From an uncultured virus (IMG/VR IMGVR_UViG_3300020020_000004) (taxonomy: Duplodnaviria; Heunggongvirae; Uroviricota; Caudoviricetes): 64,000 nt of DNA. The DNA lies in IMG/VR virus record IMGVR_UViG_3300020020_000004; one strand, 5' to 3'. The notes beneath the pieces were generated by a model. That model made no database searches, was not told the origin of the DNA, and worked only from the letters and a program-made list of their open reading frames with translations. The position numbers and the translations under genes were made by a program. Positions 60,322 through 64,000 of this stretch are shown here, in pieces. Every line of letters begins with the position of its first letter. The stretch's first letter is position 1.

Positions 60322-60569
60322 CAGATCTGCTTCGGAGGTTCCTTACTTACAGACAATGCAACCACAGGGTGAAGACGTCCTGAGATATGTAAAAGAATAG
60401 GACAGCCCTCACTGATGAGTTTGATTTCAGCAGACGTTGGCTGCCACGCAGAGATCATATACCCATCGCGATCCCAAACTTCAATAGTATGACACAGCCC
60501 CTCGGCATGATTCCAATCCACCGGAGCGCCTATACGACGATCTGGATTTTCCAACGGAATAGGGATCAT
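60321..60569 (-). CDS. Small conserved hypothetical protein
   Basis: GAP.DW...C...ISAWQPT..E...I..G.PI.L; coupled to folE and dpdA. Confidence 0.6.
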   Translation of the reverse strand: MIPIPLENPDRRIGAPVDWNHAEGLCHTIEVWDRDGYMISAWQPTSAEIKLISEGCPILLHISGRLHPVVALSVSKEPPKQI

Positions 60570-60570
60570 G

Positions 60571-61125
60571 TTATTTCATCCCAAGGAATTCGGAACGAGC
60601 AGCTTCTTCTGTTTTAAAGACACCTCGTAAAGCACTAGTGACAGTGTAGTGTCCCTGTTGACAAATACCTCGCGACTCCATGCACAGATGGCGGGCCCGC
60701 ACTATAACGCCACAACCCAGAGGGTTCAGTGCTACGCTAATGGCGTCGGCAATCTGACACGTTAGACGTTCCTGTACTTGTAGGCGGCGTGAGAAAATCT
60801 GCAGCAACCGCCCGAGCTTACTCAGACCAACGATACGTTGATGAGGTAGATATCCAATCGTCGCAGTGCCGAAGAACGGAGCAAGATGGTGCTCACAATG
60901 GGAATAGAAAGGCAGGTCTTTGACGACGACCATCTCATCCACCCCTTCGGCACCATCAACAAAGGTCTTGAGCACATCGATAGGATCGATACCATAACCA
61001 GAAGTCCAGAACTCCCAGGCGCGAGTTACACGATCCGGTGTTTCTATTAGACCTTCTCTATTTGCATCCTCACCTGGGATATTTCTAAGAACAGCTCTGA
61101 ACGCAGTGCGTAGAGTTTCGGTCAT
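60571..61125 (-). CDS. folE: GTP cyclohydrolase I
   Basis: REGLIETPDRV, SHCEHHLAPF, GLSKL, RRLQVQERLT, HLCMESRG. Confidence 0.95.
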   Translation of the reverse strand: MTETLRTAFRAVLRNIPGEDANREGLIETPDRVTRAWEFWTSGYGIDPIDVLKTFVDGAEGVDEMVVVKDLPFYSHCEHHLAPFFGTATIGYLPHQRIVGLSKLGRLLQIFSRRLQVQERLTCQIADAISVALNPLGCGVIVRARHLCMESRGICQQGHYTVTSALRGVFKTEEAARSEFLGMK

Positions 61126-61159
61126 GCCCCGCTCCGTTGTGGTAACTATATATTGGATC

Positions 61160-61558
61160 TTAGGCTTTTGCAAGTAGATTTCGTAGGAATACTTTAATGT
61201 CTGCAAACTCTGATAAGATAACAGTGGAATGAAATTGAAGCCAAGGCCCGACAGGTTTATTGTTAGGACTCCAGATAATGACTGGGATCCTCAACTGATA
61301 GGCAAAGAGTATCTCCATTCCCGTGCCCCATGACGCTATGTTGACTAGGGCGAGAACTGCATCACACTTTCTGATGGCGTTGAAATCATTTGTAACGATT
61401 CGGCGTGCAGCTTCTTCGTTGTCTTCTTCGCCAACAAATAGTTCGATCTGGGTCGGGTCGACTACCTCCCAACCTTCAGGCATCTTTGATGTAAGACTGC
61501 GCCGCCATGTAATTGGGTCAGATGCATTCTGTATTGCACCAGCGAGATAAAGTTTCAT
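61160..61558 (-). CDS. Nucleoside 2'-deoxyribosyltransferase/nucleotide N-glycosidase-fold protein
   Basis: KLYLAGAI...WR...VVDP...DFNAIRKCDAVLA...SWGTGMEILFAY..RIPVI. Confidence 0.8.
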   Translation of the reverse strand: MKLYLAGAIQNASDPITWRRSLTSKMPEGWEVVDPTQIELFVGEEDNEEAARRIVTNDFNAIRKCDAVLALVNIASWGTGMEILFAYQLRIPVIIWSPNNKPVGPWLQFHSTVILSEFADIKVFLRNLLAKA

Positions 61559-61743
61559 GGTTGTTCGACCTTAACGAGTCTCCATTCGGCGACCCATTGT
61601 TCTTTCAGATCACCATTATTCCACCACGATACTTGAATCGTTACATCGTGAGGGTAGAAAGCAAAGCCTATCACAAAGGCGTTGACGCTACCTCCATCGA
61701 TACGTACTACATCTCCAAACGTGAACTTGCTTTCGAGTTTCAT
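61555..61743 (-). CDS. Small beta-barrel-like hypothetical protein
   Basis: SKFTFGDVVRI...VSWW; ATGA-coupled to queD and NDT gene. Confidence 0.6.
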   Translation of the reverse strand: MKLESKFTFGDVVRIDGGSVNAFVIGFAFYPHDVTIQVSWWNNGDLKEQWVAEWRLVKVEQP

Positions 61744-62192
61744 AACTCCTCCATAAAGATTGCAGAGTTGGCACCATGCTCACACACTTCAACAGACCGC
61801 ATGCGTACACGCGGATAGTAACCGTTGTCTACTAACCAGACAACACCACACTCGTAGATCATGGACGCAAACGCTTCGCATCCTGTGGCAGGAACAATTG
61901 TTATCTGGGCTAGCCCTAGGCCTGCCATAATTTCCAAAGCGGAACGATGTGGATCATCTTCGGCAATCAATAGACGGTGATCGAATGTCTTTTCTAACCA
62001 ACCTTTGAAACCTTTAAGGCTGCCGAAGTCTACAACCCAATTGCGATCGTCGAGTTCTTCTGCTTCAAATTCAATACGAACAGAGAGAGCATAGCCGTGG
62101 AGAAAGCGACAGTGGCTCTGTGCTTTCCATTGTCGGAAACAAGAGGAGAGACCTATGTCGTGACCATACGTCTTTGTTGAAATGTAGGTCAT
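61740..62192 (-). CDS. queD: 6-carboxy-5,6,7,8-tetrahydropterin synthase
   Basis: HCRFLHGY, WVVDFGSLK, FDHRLL, VCEHGANSA. Confidence 0.9.
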   Translation of the reverse strand: MTYISTKTYGHDIGLSSCFRQWKAQSHCRFLHGYALSVRIEFEAEELDDRNWVVDFGSLKGFKGWLEKTFDHRLLIAEDDPHRSALEIMAGLGLAQITIVPATGCEAFASMIYECGVVWLVDNGYYPRVRMRSVEVCEHGANSAIFMEEL

Positions 62193-63584
62193 TTATTTCT
62201 CCTCTGAGTTCGCGTACTGAATGACCTCAGGTATCTTATTAATTTCGAATGCGATTCGCCGCATGTGACAGGGTCCACAAGTGCCACAGTGGATTGGGCC
62301 CGCACGATAGCAACTCCATGTGAGGTGAAGTGGGGCGCCGATTCTATGGCCAAGCTCGACGATCTCATGTTTCATAAGATTGCCTACTGGCATGATAGCT
62401 CTGACTCGCTTTCCATCTGCTACTGCGAAAGGAAGCATGTCGTTAAATCGATTAATGAATTCAGGTTCGTTATCGGGATAAGCACCTGCTTCTTCTAAGT
62501 TGTTACCGAGTACGATTGTATTGATTCCTCGAGCTTCGGCAAACGCAGTTGCGAGAGCAAGCATCACAAGGTTACGTGCCGGGACCCATTCATGTGCAAA
62601 TTCAGCTCCCGCTTCACCGCCTGCAATCTTACTGTCTGCTTGAAGTAATGGAGAGTCTTCTTTTCGATAGATTCCTATCGGGATGAAATGCAACGGTACG
62701 CCAAGATAGTTTGCAACATCTTGAACTGCATTTACTTCTGATAATTCTGCCCGCGATCCATAAAGGAAATGAACTAATTCAATTTCATAGCCTTGAGCTT
62801 TGGCCTCTGTTGCAGCAACGACACTATCCATTCCGCCGCTACAAATGACAAGAGCTTTCTTACCCCAAAGGCGCATTATATATAGACGCTCATTATCATT
62901 AGGCCCAAATGCCCAGGCTGAATAAGGTTCAAGCATTTCAGGAACTAGGCCTCTTATAAAATAATCTCGCGAGCTTGCAAAGAAGATCCCATATTCTCGT
63001 CTAGCAATCCAGATGGGTCTATAGTTGCAGGCAGCTAATATCAAATCTGGAAAGTCATCATGTGTTGCTAAGATTGCGTAGCTCCCTTTGAGTTTGCCAA
63101 TGATAAATTGAAATACATATTTTGCGAGTTCGCGATTCTGGATATCGCCTGCGGCAGCAAGTTGCTCAACGATCGCAACGCTGTCGATTCCCGTTGTGGC
63201 ACCTTCATCCGTTCGCAATTCTTTATCGTTTGCGATAGTTCCGTTGTGGACGATATTCCACTTGTTGAGTGAATAGGGTTGTTGATCGTATTCGCGTTTG
63301 TGGCGTACGAACTCCGTCGTTGGCTCAGCACGAAAATTACCAATCATATTCTTAGTTGGACTAAAGATATTAAGACTAAAAAATTCGTGATATGTTTCCC
63401 AACCTGTTGATCTTATAATCGATTTATTTTTATGACCTACAGTAAGACCGTCTCTAACATAATATCCCCATCCATCGCGGCCACGTGCAAAACTTTCATT
63501 TCCAATATAATTTAGAATACGATTGGCATCAAGACGTTGGTATGAAGTTGCATTCCAGATGAGGGCTCCTATGATCGCGCACAT
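62193..63584 (-). CDS. queC: Gat-QueC fusion (Ntn glutamine amidotransferase plus 7-cyano-7-deazaguanine synthase)
   Basis: N-terminal MC, RGRDGWG, QP...VHNGTI.N, DS; C-terminal SGGMDS, VPARN, YPD, TWSCY...HCGTCGPC..R. Confidence 0.92.
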   Translation of the reverse strand: MCAIIGALIWNATSYQRLDANRILNYIGNESFARGRDGWGYYVRDGLTVGHKNKSIIRSTGWETYHEFFSLNIFSPTKNMIGNFRAEPTTEFVRHKREYDQQPYSLNKWNIVHNGTIANDKELRTDEGATTGIDSVAIVEQLAAAGDIQNRELAKYVFQFIIGKLKGSYAILATHDDFPDLILAACNYRPIWIARREYGIFFASSRDYFIRGLVPEMLEPYSAWAFGPNDNERLYIMRLWGKKALVICSGGMDSVVAATEAKAQGYEIELVHFLYGSRAELSEVNAVQDVANYLGVPLHFIPIGIYRKEDSPLLQADSKIAGGEAGAEFAHEWVPARNLVMLALATAFAEARGINTIVLGNNLEEAGAYPDNEPEFINRFNDMLPFAVADGKRVRAIMPVGNLMKHEIVELGHRIGAPLHLTWSCYRAGPIHCGTCGPCHMRRIAFEINKIPEVIQYANSEEK

Positions 63585-63585
63585 C

Positions 63586-64000
63586 TTATTCTACCCCAAG
63601 ATATTTGTGGATTTGCAATTGTAGCTTATAGCCGAACTTCATACAAGACTCAGTTACGGCTTTGATATTCCGTTCGTTGTGCGCAGGATCCTTTGTATCC
63701 ATCGGTTGAAGATAGATTGGCTTATCCCAGTCAACAGGAGGTCGTGCAAGTTGCGGATGAGCAGTGTGGCCGAGGGCGCGAATCGGAAGGCCGTCTTCCG
63801 GATTCATACTGTCCGCATCGAGAACGTATTTAAGGCAGAGTGCCTTATCCAAAAGTATTGGATTGATACGTCCAGTCTTTGGGCTGCAGACGATATGAAC
63901 TCCATGAAAATGATCGATCCGAGTATATATCGAATACTCGTAATCGCTCGGAGGGAGAGTTCCATTACTCTCAACCTGAACGAGATGTCCAAGTGCTATA
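63586..64000 (-). CDS. queE: 7-carboxy-7-deazaguanine synthase (radical SAM), 5'-truncated by window edge
   Basis: Frame open to the window end: VQVESNGTL...IVCSPK...LKYV...IYLQP...LQLQIHKYLG. Confidence 0.85.
   Translation of the reverse strand, partial: IALGHLVQVESNGTLPPSDYEYSIYTRIDHFHGVHIVCSPKTGRINPILLDKALCLKYVLDADSMNPEDGLPIRALGHTAHPQLARPPVDWDKPIYLQPMDTKDPAHNERNIKAVTESCMKFGYKLQLQIHKYLGVE

Overview
The whole window is a tailed dsDNA bacteriophage, probably most of a genome; no integrase, bacterial housekeeping genes, rRNA or tRNA were recognised. The host is probably alphaproteobacterial (inference only). There are three blocks. (1) 1-15.2 kb, minus strand: SF2 helicase (truncated), Cas4-like exonuclease, DUF669 SSB, Sak4-like ATPase, SLOG protein, primase-helicase and many small early genes under a recurring sigma70-like promoter, then a non-coding control region (G-runs, AT-rich core, CGAGT arrays, candidate packaging repeats). 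(2) 16.5-46.9 kb, plus strand: terminase, portal, HK97 protease and capsid, and a Mu-like contractile tail and baseplate whose proteins are strikingly cysteine-rich (as in the disulfide-crosslinked Agrobacterium phage Milano), with a -1 frameshifting tail chaperone and 4-5 modular tail fibres. (3) 47-64 kb, minus strand: small accessory genes (MazG-like, LuxR-HTH, Lar), resolvase, family-B DNA polymerase, beta-clamp-like protein and a 7-deazaguanine DNA-modification cluster (dpdA, folE, queD, gat-queC, queE) predicting dG+ DNA. The most notable observations are a nucleoside-deoxyribosyltransferase-fold gene embedded in that cluster, dpdA abutting the clamp and polymerase genes, and a dG+ replicon combined with a Cys-rich myovirus virion. 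All calls come from reading motifs by eye; no searches were run.
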